A stretch of 64,000 nt of DNA from Mantamonas sphyraenae STR306 (Eukaryota; Protista; CRuMs), in NCBI GenBank assembly GCA_026936335.1, contig JAPMXV010000059.1, positions 248,001-312,000 on the forward strand. The letters run 5' to 3'. The notes beneath the pieces were generated by a model. The model searched no databases. It saw only the letters and a list, made by a program, of their open reading frames with translations, and was not told the DNA's origin. The translations under genes and the position numbers were made by a program. This document shows positions 24,144-35,796 of this stretch, in pieces (within the stretch, counting starts at the first letter, position 1; every line of letters begins with the position of its first letter).

Positions 24144-26191
24144 TCAAAAACGCACTGCAGACACTCCTGGGCGCGTTGTGGACGCGTTGCCCACACGCTG
24201 TTTCCTCTGTTTCATCTCTTCCTTCTTGAATGCCTGCTTCAGCGTCTTCTTCTCCTTGCGGCGAGCCTTGCGTGCAGCCTTGACTGCCTTTTTGCGCATG
24301 CGCTTCTCCTCTGCCGATTCGTGCTTGTCTCGCTTCTCTCCCATGTTGACCGACGCCACCGAATAGTCGTCGTCGTCGTCGTCATACTCGTCTTCCTCCT
24401 CTTCCTCTTCCTCCTCTGCCTCCTCGTCGTTGTTTGCCACGTCGCTCTTTGCTGCGCGCCTCGCCTCGAGCACTCCCATGGGCAGGCCGTGCTTGTTCAG
24501 CTTGATCTGCTTCTTGGCCGGCCGCACGTCCTTGATGAGACCCGGGTGGTTCTCTGTGTTTGTCAACTGGCTTGCGTACGACACCACGTCCCACTGCGCA
24601 TCCCTGTCCTTGACACGAATCCACTCATACTCGTCCTCGTCCTCGTCCTCGCCCTCTTCCTCCCTCCCGTCCCCGTCCTCTTTGCCGTTGTCCTTCTTTG
24701 CCTCCTCCTGTGCTTTGGCCATTGCTACTTCCTTGGCCTTTTCGCTTCCTGGTACAGGCACAAGCATGGGCGGTTCGTCTTCGCTGTCGCTGTCGCTGTC
24801 GCTTTCATCCGCGTCTCCGGCCGCTGCCTTTGCTGCCGCCTCTTCCGCTGCATCCTCCTCCTCCAACTTCTTGTACACAGCCTGCACCCCCTGGCGCTTT
24901 TTGGCTTCCTCCTCGTCAAACTCGTCGAAAAGATGCTCCACGGCCTCCAGGCTCAGGCCACCCTTGTTTTCCAGTCGCGGGTCTGTGTCCTCGAATCCGC
25001 CAATGTCTTCCTCGCCGTACGCCTTGTTCATCACCTGTTCAAAGTGCTCCTCAGCAAAACCTCCGTCGTGTTTGTGCGTGCGCGTCGACGCGTACGAGCG
25101 CTCCTCCATGGCAAACTGCCGTCCGCCACCCATTCCAGCCTCAAACTCGTCGCCGCTGCTGAATTCTTCGAACCCGTCGCTGTCGTAGTAATCCAGGTTT
25201 TCGTAGCCAACCATCTTTTCGTATTCGTCCAGCGACATGCCCTTCTTCTCGGGCTTGCCTTCACCGCCGGCCAACGCTACAAAGTCGTCCTCCAGTTCGT
25301 CCACTTCCTCATCATCCACCAGTCCGTCCAACACACCCATCACGTCTGTATCCAGCGTCGGGTCGAATCCCGTCGGTGCTGCCAGATTCAGCATGCCTAC
25401 ATCGGCCTCCTGGGCCAGCGACGAGCCGAACAGGGAGCCCTCGTTTGCCGAGCTGCCCAAGGCCTCCTGAGCCTCGGCAGACACAAACTCGGCGCCGGCC
25501 ATGGGCAGCAAATGCTGCGAGTAATCATATCCGTCGTCAGGAAAGGCATAGTTGTCGTACTCGGCCTTGGAGAGCATTTTGGGCTGCAGGTCGGCGTACA
25601 GCTCGCCGTCGTTGCCCACGTGCTGCATACTACCACGACCCTGCGCTCGTTCATACTCTTCATACACTTCGTCGTCGTGGTAAAAGTACTCTGCGTCAAA
25701 GCCGTCTGCAATCAGGTCCTCCTTCGTCGTCCCGCCCTGTGTTTGCGTTGCAAAATGCACACCGAAAATCCGCGAGTCAGGTTCCGTCCTGCCCCACGGC
25801 CCACGCTGTCTCTCTGACACACGTCTTTACGCCACATGGCTGTACGCCACACACATGGGCCCTTCTGGCGTGCATGGGCTCCACATCACAGATGCGTTGG
25901 CTGGAGAACGGCCGGCTGTGCATGGGCTTCTTGGAAAGCCAGCTCCAAACCCAGCCGTCGCCGATACAACACGCGTGGAGCAGCTGCTTGCACAGGCAAA
26001 CCACAGCCAAAGTGGGAAACAAAGGGCATGCGAACACTCACCTGGCGCTTGTGCGGATTTTCCATCTCAATGAGGACCCGCTGCGAAGCATTCTCGTCGG
26101 CGATGAGCGGGTCGCGTTGCGAACGGTGTCCCACCACAAAGTGAACAGCCTTCTTCTTGTCAATGAACTGCTTTTTACTGTGTTTGCCCAT
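24144..26191 (-). CDS. LTV1: 40S biogenesis factor LTV1 (intron ~26041-25737)
   Basis: KKQFIDKKKAVHFVVGHRSQRDPL, FPDDGYDYSQHL, WDVVSYASQLTNTENHPGLI, ESAEEKRMRKKAVK...KKTLKQAFKKE. Confidence 0.93.
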
Positions 26192-26252
26192 GGTGAGATA
26201 GAACAACGCGGCTGTTTTCGTTTGGTGCAGCAAGCGGGTTGCGGTCTGCAGC

Positions 26253-29148
26253 TCATCGTCGGCTTGTGGCGTCTGCGATCATGCGCTGGCGCTCGGCAAA
26301 GGACATCTTTCCGCCTGTGCTGGACCGGCCTCCCTGGCTGCGACGTGGGCTCGAGCTGCCCCGGCTGCTTCCCCGCGGGCTGGAGCGCGAGTTGCCACGC
26401 GGAGAGAGGCCACGCGATTCGTTGTAGCTACCGCGGCTTCCACGCGGGCTGTTGCGTCCAGCATACTCGGTCCTACTGCCACCCATACCGGTTGCACTGC
26501 CTGAACGTCGATCGGGGTAGCCCGACGGGTGAGAATCTGTCCCTCGCTGGCGCTGTGCCAATCGACTGCGGTATCGGCGTTGGATCTTGGCAGCGGCCTC
26601 GTCTTCCTCGCTTTGCTGTGTTTGCAGGCTGCTGCCGCTGTTTTGCTGACGGTAGCGTGACCCGTATCGGCTCGATGGACGTGTTTCAGGCTGCTTTCGC
26701 TGCGCCAATCGACTGCGGTAGCGCCGTTGGATTTTGGCTGCTGCCATGTCCTCTTCCGAGGGTGCACCGCGCAAGGATGTGCGAGATCCAGAGCGACTGT
26801 ACGACGAGCGGCCATAGCGATCGTCGGAAGCGCCATACGAGCGGTCTCTGGATGCTGCTGAGCCTCGTGCATCCCTCGGGCCTCTGGATCCAACGCCTGC
26901 ACGGCCCTTTCGCCTGCGGAACTGCTGCTGAATCTTCGAGGCGGCGTCGTGGTGCTCTTTGTCCCACTTTTGCTGCTGGTACTCACGCAGCTCACGCTCA
27001 CGTTGACTCACGGGGTCCTCGTACGCGTTGCCTCGACTGGATCGTGAGCCACTGCTGCGTTGGTGTTTGCTCACTGTGCCCGTACTTGGAGTTGCGCTGC
27101 GCCAAACGACTGCGGTACCGGCGTTGGATTTTGGCTGCTGCCATGTCCTCCTCCGAGGGTGCACCGCGCAAGGATGTGCGAGATCCAGAGCGACTGTACG
27201 ACGAGCGGCCATAGCGATCGTCGGTAGTGCCGTACTTGTTCGGGCGCCCGCTGGATGCTGTGGAGCCACGGCCACTGTTGCGGCCTCCTGATCCAACACC
27301 TCCACGGCCCTTTCGCCTGCGGAACTGCTGCTGAATCTTCGAGGCGGCGTCATGGTGCTCTTTGTCCCACTTTTGCTGCTGGTATTCGCGCAGTTCCCGC
27401 TCACGCTTGCTGCGTGCATCTTCGTCGCGGCCTGTGCGTCCGTACGGGGAGGCAGAGGAGGAATTGCGGCCGGTGGAGGTGGAGTTCCGTCCGTACGGAG
27501 AGGATGTGCGTGGTGCCGGGCGACCGCCCTGCTTGCGTGCGCGGTGTTTGCGGTACGCTTTCTGCACTGTGATGGACGCTTGTGCCAGCTCGTCCTGGTC
27601 CATGTCCATCAGATGTTGATGCCTGCGTTCGGCACGCTCAAAGTCCAGATCCTCCTTCTCCTGCTCTGTCATGTACTTCTTGCGCTCGTCCAGCTGTTGC
27701 TTGCGTCCAAGGAAGGGCAGCGAGGCAGTGGACGACTGCCGCATCAGCTCACGTTCGCGAGCCTCCTCGCGTTTGCGTTCCATTTCGTCGGGCTTGCGAC
27801 GACCAAACTGGTCCAAGCCAGGCGTGGAGCGTTGGTATCCGTCGCTCTTGAGATGCTTGAGGCGCGAAGAAATTTCCGAGTCTTCGATCTTGCGTGTCAT
27901 CACCACCTGCAGAGGGGTGTCACGTTCAGGTGATTCAGATGCCTTTCCACGTGCACTGAGGCGTTCGGCTGTGCTCATGGTGCGTCCGCGCCTGGGCGAA
28001 ACCAGGTCCTTCATGCCCTTCAGGTCCAGCTTGCCCAGGTTGCTGCCATAACGGCGTGTCGATGCACTGCCCTCCTCTGCATTGACCTTGTTGGGGCGGG
28101 ACAGCGAGTAGCGCGCAAACGGGTCTGGGTTGTCCTTGCGTGCGCCGTACTCTGAGGCGTAGAACTCGTCAGTGGGCACCTCAAACTCGTACTCGGGATA
28201 ACCCTTGAGCTCACGCTCGAGATCGCCCATCTGATGGTGCATGCGTGCGAGCAATGTGCGTCAATATGCCACGAGCGTGTGTGCGTGTCATGTCGGTGAG
28301 TGTCAGCCTTCTGGAAAGGCCCTGCGGGGCAGAGGGCGCGCGGTGGGGCAAAAATCGAGAAAATCCGTCAACGGTCGTCGGCGAAAACAACTCACGAGTT
28401 TGCGGGGCGTGCGCTTGAGCGTGCGCAAGCCAACAATGCGAGTGTGGTCGTAAGGGTCGAATTCGAGCACATCAATGCCTTCCAGCTTGATGAGAGAGCC
28501 GTCGAGAGCCTCCATGACGCCGCGGAACTTGTAGGCGCAGCTGTGACCCAGGGCATAGACACGGAAGTAGGCAAGGTTGACACTCTTGAAGCTGTTGCTG
28601 TACGTGTTGGCAAACCATTGGGCGAGGGCAGCTGCGCCCGTGTACTGGGCCTCGCTGTAGTGGTAGTATTTGACTGCGTTTTCGTCGAAGCAGCTCATGA
28701 AGCGCCGCTCGTCAAACGTGAGGCGGGCGTGGCGCAGGTTGTACACGGTGTCGAGCATGGCACGATCGGGTACGCCGGTGAAGAAGTTTGCCTTTTTGAT
28801 TTTCAGAGTGCCAATGTGGCTGAGACCCAGGACGACAATGCCGCCGACTGCGGTGGATTCGCGCCCGTACGGCTGGTGGAAATAGCCGTCAAAGGTGGCG
28901 GCGCAGTGGTAGCCGGCGTAGACGACTCGACCCACGTCCAACTTGCCGTATGTGTACACGTTGCAGAAGTTTTGCTCCATGTACTGCTTCAGGGCCTTGC
29001 GGCCGCTGACTTTGCCTTGGTCGAGGTCGTCGCAGACTTCACCCACGCTGAGGAAGGCCACACTGAAGCCGTTGGCATCCAGAGTGGACAGCGAATCAAA
29101 CAAGTCGTGGATGATTCCCTCGTAGAGCTCGTCCTGCGGGATGGACAT
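26253..29148 (-). CDS. Tandem SnoaL/NTF2-like domains fused to a tail with about 6 IQ calmodulin-binding motifs; intron 28395-28231, frame break near 27065
   Basis: Exon 1 has two NTF2-like units (GRKALKQYM; F..CFDENA...GAAALAQWF...EGIDVLEFD..RI). A phase-0 intron joins it to MGDLERE. IQ motifs: VQKAYRKHRAR, IQQQFRRRKGR x2, IQRRYRSRLAQR x3. Confidence 0.72.
26697..27405 (-). repeat. Two near-identical ~310-bp coding repeat units (double-IQ module), offset 397 bp, plus a partial third unit near 26550-26600
   Basis: ATTTTGGCTGCTGCCATGTCCTC...CATAGCGATCGTCGG starts at both 26731 and 27128. Confidence 0.9.
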
Positions 29149-29208
29149 TCGCTGTCGGATGAATGGTTGAGTTTGACGCGCGAGCGCCGCGCAAGGGCAA
29201 ACGCCACG

Positions 29209-32200
29209 ATGGAGATTGTGGAGAGGGCGGTGCAGGTTCATCAGCGTGTGCGTGAAGCATACGGTGTGCCAGAGACGCGTGTATGGAGTGACATGCGCAG
29301 TGTGATTGGCGAGTGCGTGCGGTGGCTGGTGGAAGCTGGCGTCGACGATCTGGTGATCCCCACTGGACAGAGAGCGACACGGGGAGCGGGGTGGTGGCCA
29401 TGCACTCGTACACGCGTGCACATCAGCGTGGAAATGACGACGATGTGAACGAAGTTCTGTGCGTGTACAGCGCATACGTGCAGTTGTGCGCAGCCGAAGC
29501 ACAAGCAGACTCACCGGGGGCTGCTACGGTGGTGCGTGATGTGTGGAAGGAATACCATGACAGGGATGGGGACGCAGGAAAGGGAGGGGATCCGTGTGTA
29601 TGGCTTGTGCTGTGGAACCGGGCTCTGCTGCGTGGTTTGAACGAGTCGCAGCATTTGTCCGTCATAGGATGGCTGCAGAAAGTGTTGGTCGATCTGGACG
29701 AGTGGTGCATGGTTCGTTTGTGGCACATGTGGCACTGCGTTTGTCAAGAGTACCGCACGCAGGTGTCGCGGCTCGCAGATTGGCTGGACTTGCTTCGTGC
29801 ACAAGGACCGCCAAACGTGGACCAGCTACAGAAGCACACGGCGCACAAGAGTGTGCTTTCACACAGCTATCGCAGCGGCACTTGTGTAGCTCAATCTGGC
29901 ACGCAAGATTGTGACCTTGTGATTCTCCTTTGCCTGGCAATGGCGAGCGAGGAGGAAGCGGCGCAGCGCATTGACGGCAGCTGGGTGTTGAACTTTGGCA
30001 GCCTGAAGCGAGGGTGCGACTCTGTGGGGGCTTGGTGTCAACAGCAACAAGACGACGGGTTGACGACGCAGAGATTGGTCAACGTGCTGCTCGACTCGCT
30101 GACAGGGTGGTCGGATTCGCTGCGGCACGCCTGGACACAGCACATGGATGTTCCATGGACACATTTGGTAGCCGAGGCCGCCGCACAAAGATTGAGCGAC
30201 GCTTCGTCGACGCTCAAGGCTGGGGATAGCGACATTCAGTCGCTGGTGAAGTGCTGATCGACAGCCTTCCGTTCTTGGACATGCAATCGGACGCAGGGGC
30301 AGCACTGGTAGACTGTGTGCTGGACCATGGTGGCTGGCACCAGAATCAAGTGGTCAAGGGTGCGTTTGACCACCTGCTGACACAAGACGACTTTGTACAG
30401 GCCTTGATCTCGCGCACGGTTCAGTCGCCGCTGTCCGTGGCCGAGTTGGGCTCGCCCGAGCCACTGATGGCGTGGTTGGGCAGCAACGATGCGCTGGACG
30501 CTCATTTGGTTCACCGCTTGCATCACTGTGTGCTGCTGCGCATTCACATGTACGAAGCCATCCAACAGAATGCCAGCTCGCTCTCACCCAAAGTGTGCTG
30601 TCGGCTGTGGGAGCCAATGCTGGAGCGACTGGTCACGTGCTGCTGCTTGATTGTTCCGTACGACACGTCTGTGGTGCTGGGTGGGGCGCATGCGCATGGG
30701 TTGCCGATGGCTTCCTTGCTTGCGATTCGTGACGCCCGGCCTCAGTCAGGCATCGGGAGCAGCAGCGCAGGAGAGCGGCTCGCGGACAGTGGAACGCAGG
30801 AGGAAGAACAAGACAGCGAGGATCCGGAAATGCTTGCGCTGGATGTCACACGATGTGTGGCCAGCAGGGACAACACGGAGCCTGTTCATCTGCTCCTGGC
30901 AGCTTTGATGGCGCTGTACAATCAGGGAAATCGCGATCAGCTGGCGCACGTGCTTGTGTTTGAGTCTTTGATGGAAACAGTGGACAGCTGGTCAAGTGTG
31001 TGTGGCTGGTTGCACGACGGCGACGGGTTGGCACGTGTCAACTCGAGCTTCAGGCTCAGTCCCTCCGAGCTGTTTTTGAGCAACGAGGCCTATCGCAACG
31101 TGGTGTATGGATGGAAGCAAGTGAGGGACGAGGTAGAATGGGTGGAGTATTGCCAACAGCAGCGGCTGCCCTTGGAGGAAGAACAGGTGAAGCGGACGCA
31201 CAGGCTGAGGATGCTGTTTGACATCCACTTGTACAAGTTGCAGTGGCAATGGACGTCCAACGAGACTAGCTGGCCTCAAGAGGATAGTGTGTATGCTGTG
31301 CTACGCTTGATGGAGTTTTTGGGTGCCGCATCTGCAGAGCTGCACTCTCAGTGGAGCGCAGATTGCGATCGGTTGGTGGCCCTGATCCCCAGCCGAGTGT
31401 CTGGCTTTGTGTTGGATCTGTGCAAGGACAACGTCCGTTTGGCGTCAGCGGACAATGTGGAGCTGACGGGTGCTCAGGAGATGCAAGGTGCGTTGGAAGC
31501 GCGCATGGACGCATATGCCTTTGCTCGGCGAGGCAACGGCCACCCATGGATTCCCCAAACGTCGCTCCACCCATCGGTTCACAGTATGGCCCTTTGCATG
31601 GCGGCACACACACAACACATCGGCAGCATGTACACAGAACCTGGCGAGCTGGAAAACGAGGTGGAAGCCACCCTGGAGCTTATGCATTTGTTCACACGCA
31701 ACTACAGCAACCGGGAATCCATCTTTGAGACTCTGTTGTCGTCCGCCTTGGCGTACCTCGCTCGGTGTCTGCAACTCCTTGTGCGTTTCAAGGACCAAGG
31801 AACTGCCATGGGGCTGCTGCCACGTGTGCTGGACGAGGCTGTCGATGGTACTGTGTTTATGATGGAAAGCGAGATGGACGTGCGCATGCAAGGAGCACTG
31901 GTCGACATGATCTGTACCGCGTGGACGCTGGGCAAGTCTGAGTATGTGGTCGTGGCCGCCATCAAAGCATCTGTGCGTGCTCTCCTTGCGCCTGAAGTGT
32001 TGTCCTTGAACGATCCTTCCCGTGCGCGTGTGCTTGTGGATGTGTACGTGGACTCTGCTACGGAGCCACTGTCTCAGATGGACACCGAGGGCAGCGGCGA
32101 CCAAGGTGCAAACGCATGGCTTGCGGTGCAGGATATTCTCCTTGCGTGCATGTTGGAGAGGACACGCTGTCGCGACACTCCAGTGTGGGTCAACAAGCAG

Positions 32201-32775
32201 CATATCAGCTGGCTGCACGCCGTACGAGGAGCTGCGCTCCAACGTGTGCCCAATCTGGCCACTGCACCTCGCCTCCTGTGGCTTTTGGATACCAAGTTGG
32301 CATGGAGCTACACATGGCGTTCCGCAGACTACTACACGGTGCTGGATGCCTCCTTGGCCTGGCTGGATGCCGTCGAAACCACTGTGAGCAGCGACATGGA
32401 GTCCGGCGCCGCTGTGCACGCTGCTCTGAGCACATGGATTGCACACAATAGCAAGAATTTGTCGGTGTACGCCGCAAAGCCGCCTCCAGGAAACTGTCGC
32501 TGTTTCGCAAGCAATTGGCTGCACAGGGCTTCGCCTCATCAGTGGGAGACGGTATGGATACAGAAGCAGCAACCTCGAACGGCAGCAGCAGCAGCAGCGG
32601 TGGTAGCACCATTGCTGGTGGTGGTGGCGGCGGGAATGGACGGCGCGGGAGGACAGGAGGGAAAAGACGCATCAATCCGACGCGCAACACATTTATCCAA
32701 CGCGAGGCAGAGTCGTACGGCAACGCAGAAGGGGGTGACACGTTTGTGGACCTCGAGGATTTTATCGCAGAGTGA
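29209..32775 (+). CDS. Large helical hypothetical protein with three frame breaks (~29358, ~30250, ~32472)
   Basis: Protein-like frame runs from ATG 29209 through ORFs 29313.., 30251.. and 32515..32775, each step a 1-base shift. Ends KRRINPTRNTFIQRE...DTFVDLEDFIAE. Confidence 0.6.
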
Positions 32776-32779
32776 TGCG

Positions 32780-35737
32780 TCACACGCCAAAGCGCTTGCG
32801 GTACACGGGACTGGGCAGCGAGGCAAGCACACGCAGCCAAGGACGCTCGACCACCACCATTTCCTCGGCGTCCATGAAGGACAAGAACAGGATGGGTTTG
32901 TACATGTCGAACAATTTGAAGTTGTCCTCATCCTGCTGCTGTCCCTGTTGCGTGTCGACGTCCATGGAGTCGTCATCGTTGTCGTCCTCGGCGTCATTGT
33001 CGACGTCGTCGTCGTCGTCTCCCTTCTTGTTGCCTTGGCGTCCGCCGCGTCGACTGCGTCGGCTGTTGGACTTTTTGTTGGGCGAGCGGTATGCCGCAGA
33101 CTCGTCTTTGGCGAGCCTGTCGCTGGCCTCGCCCAGGGTTTCCGAGTCGTCGTTCTTTGCCGAGGTTTTGGCTGCGGCCGTGCTGGATTTCTGTTCCTGC
33201 AAAAAGCGGTAGCGCAGGAAGGAGGAGGCGCCCGTGGACTTGCGGTACTTGAAGGACGAGCGCGAGATGGGCTTGTCTGTGTCGATGACAAAAAAGTACG
33301 CGTGGGAGTACAGAATCATGGTGGTGGGGTGTGCGGTGTCAAAAGCAATGCCGTACAACACCTCACGGCTGTTGACAAAGTGTTCGGGCAGTGTCTGCAG
33401 GCTCCAGTCGCTCAGTGTCTTGTCCTCGGCGTCAAAGAGGTAGAACTGGTTGCTTGCAGTGACAGTGACGAGCGAGCTGCTGTGTGGGTGGAAGCGCATG
33501 GCTGTGACGGCAGACTCTGTGCGAGCCAGCGTGGTGTGAAACTTCAGCGCGTCCAAATTGAACACATGCACCACATTGTGCGAGTCTGCAGACGCCAGCC
33601 ACTGTCCGTCGTCACTGATGCACATGCGCAGCAGCGCAGGCGAACTATCCTTCAGCTGGGGTTGCCATTTGCTGCTGCCGCGTGTGAGGTCGTCTTCTTC
33701 CCGTTCTGTGTCTTCCCCGTTGTCCTGTGCGGTCGTGTCATCGTCGGCGTCGCTTCCACTGTCGTCTTCCTCATCACTGTCACTGTTGTCTTCCACCTGA
33801 CGGCTGCTAATACGCTGCGTGCCTGTGTTTGTTGCGTGCTGAGTAAACTTGCGCACAAGCTTCACCGACACGGTCCAGTTGTCCTCCAGGGCGAGCTGTT
33901 CGTCCTCGTCCATGGCTTCGATGTCCTCCAGGTTGATTTCGGTGGCTTTGATACGATAGACGTTGACAGAGGCATCGGGCATGCCTGCAATGAGGCGCAT
34001 GTTGTCCGAAGCAAAAAGCAGCGTGTGTGCGCCGTGCTGGGCCAGGCTGCGAGGAAGGGTCACCTTGATGAACCGAAACTCGGATTGTACAAAAAAGAAG
34101 AGTTTGGTGGTGAGGAGGTTGGAGACGGCAAGCCAGCGGCCGTCGTTGCTGATTGCGGCGCAGCGTGTGTTGAGATCACCCTTGAGCTTGATCTCGGCAA
34201 GGATGTTTGGCGAGGAAGCGCTCAGGTCCCACAGCTGCAGCATGTTGTCGAATGTGGCCATCAGCCAGCGTTTGGAGGGGCACAGAGCCATGGGCGAGAC
34301 GAGAGGGAACGGGCTGAATCGCAGCGGGGCTCGGTTCTTGGAGAAGGTCGAGAGGTCGAGAGCACACAGCTGACAGTCCATGCCTGCGCTGAGCACATAC
34401 TCGTGCTTTCCTTCGCCGCGTGAGACAACCACCATGGCGTTGACGTCGTGCGAGTGCGGGCGGCGCGCGCTGTTGTACACCCAGCGACTGGGGCCTTCCG
34501 AGTCCGTGTCTGTGGTGGTGACCGCGGTGGAAGCGGAGGAAGAAGCAGACGAAGAGGATGAGGCAATGGTCGTGGCACGGCGGAAGAGGGCGACGTTGTT
34601 GTCTGCGCCAGACGAGAGGAGGATGTCACCGCGTGCGTTTGTGGCGAGCGTTGTGACGTCGTAGTTGTGCTCCTTGAACGAGTCGACGAGGGAGCCGTGT
34701 TTGGCGTCCCAGAACTGGGTGTTGCCGTTGCTGTCGCCGCTGGCAATGGTGTGTGCGTCGAGAAAGCGGACGGACCACACGACGGGCTTCTGGCGCGAGT
34801 GTTTGTCGACCTTAATGGTGAGCTTGCAGCGACCCGAGTTTGCATTCCACTTGCGCACAGTGCCATCTGCAGCGCCCGAGGCAATGAGGTGGCCCGTGTG
34901 GTCGAAGCAGACGCTGAGGATGCGCGAGCGAATGGGAGCACAACTGCGCTCGTACTCAAAGGCATCATCGGCGAGATTAAAGAGACGGATGGAGCCGTCT
35001 TCGCATCCTGCAGCCAGTACGCCGTGTTTGGAGATGCTGAGGGACCAGACACCACCGCCGTAGGAGTCGCGTGTGGTCTGCAGTGGAAGGGAGGGAACAG
35101 GGACACACAGGCGAATGGATAAGGGCATGGCCATGTGCAAAGGTGCAAAGGGGACGTGTGAGTGCACGTGGACAGCGGGTGGATGGGCCAGGAGATGGGG
35201 GCGTGGATGTGTGGGAGGCGCCCGAGCGCATGCATGGGCGAAAGACAAAAACTCACGCGTGCTCTTAGGCTTCCCAGGTCCCACTCGACAATTTTTGCGT
35301 TGAGACCACCGGAGAACAGGCGTTGGGTGCCCTCTTCTTTGTCGTGGTACCATGCAAGACTCTGCACAGAGATTTGCTTGCCGCCCGGAATGCGCTGTGC
35401 AAAGCGGATTTGGGTGTCAGCGGACTTTTCGCAAGGCGGCGAGGACAGACACAGAGGCACGGCTAGGCAGAGAGTGATTGCCATGTACGCGTGTGACGTG
35501 GGGACGGCGGCGCAACAGGGGATTCGCATGCACTGGTGTGCCTGCATGGGTAGGGTGGGGTGGGGTGGCAAAACGTACGAGCATTGGGAACCAGTCGCGC
35601 TCCCAGCGCCAGACTTCGAGGTCGCCGTTTTCGCGAGCAAGAGCCAGCCAGCTGCTATCGTGGCTGGCGGCCATGCAAACGACCGAAGACGGGCTGTATT
35701 CCACAAAGCGGCATCGGTGTACCTGTGTGGAGGACAT
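32780..35737 (-). CDS. UTP4: U3 snoRNP / SSU processome WD40 protein UTP4 (3 exons)
   Basis: VHRCRFVEYSPS, LALARENGDLEVW, RLFSGGLNAKIVEWDL, DSYGGGVWS, LAAGCEDG, HSHDVNAM, MVVVERPW...LPSPVYRKRFG. Confidence 0.95.
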
Positions 35738-35796
35738 GGTGGAAGGATTGCGTGGTCGGGCCGACGCACACGCGCCGGGGACCCCAACACGACGGC

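Noticed and set aside
25737-26041. Long LTV1 intron as a snoRNA host
   Set aside because: There is no convincing C box/D box pair with a terminal stem and no clear H/ACA layout by eye. A covariance-model search would be needed.
27050-27076. 20-23-nt mini-intron (GTGAG...CAG) explaining the IQ-gene frame break
   Set aside because: Removing it yields the wrong frame. A candidate intron near 8078-8166 fails in the same way.
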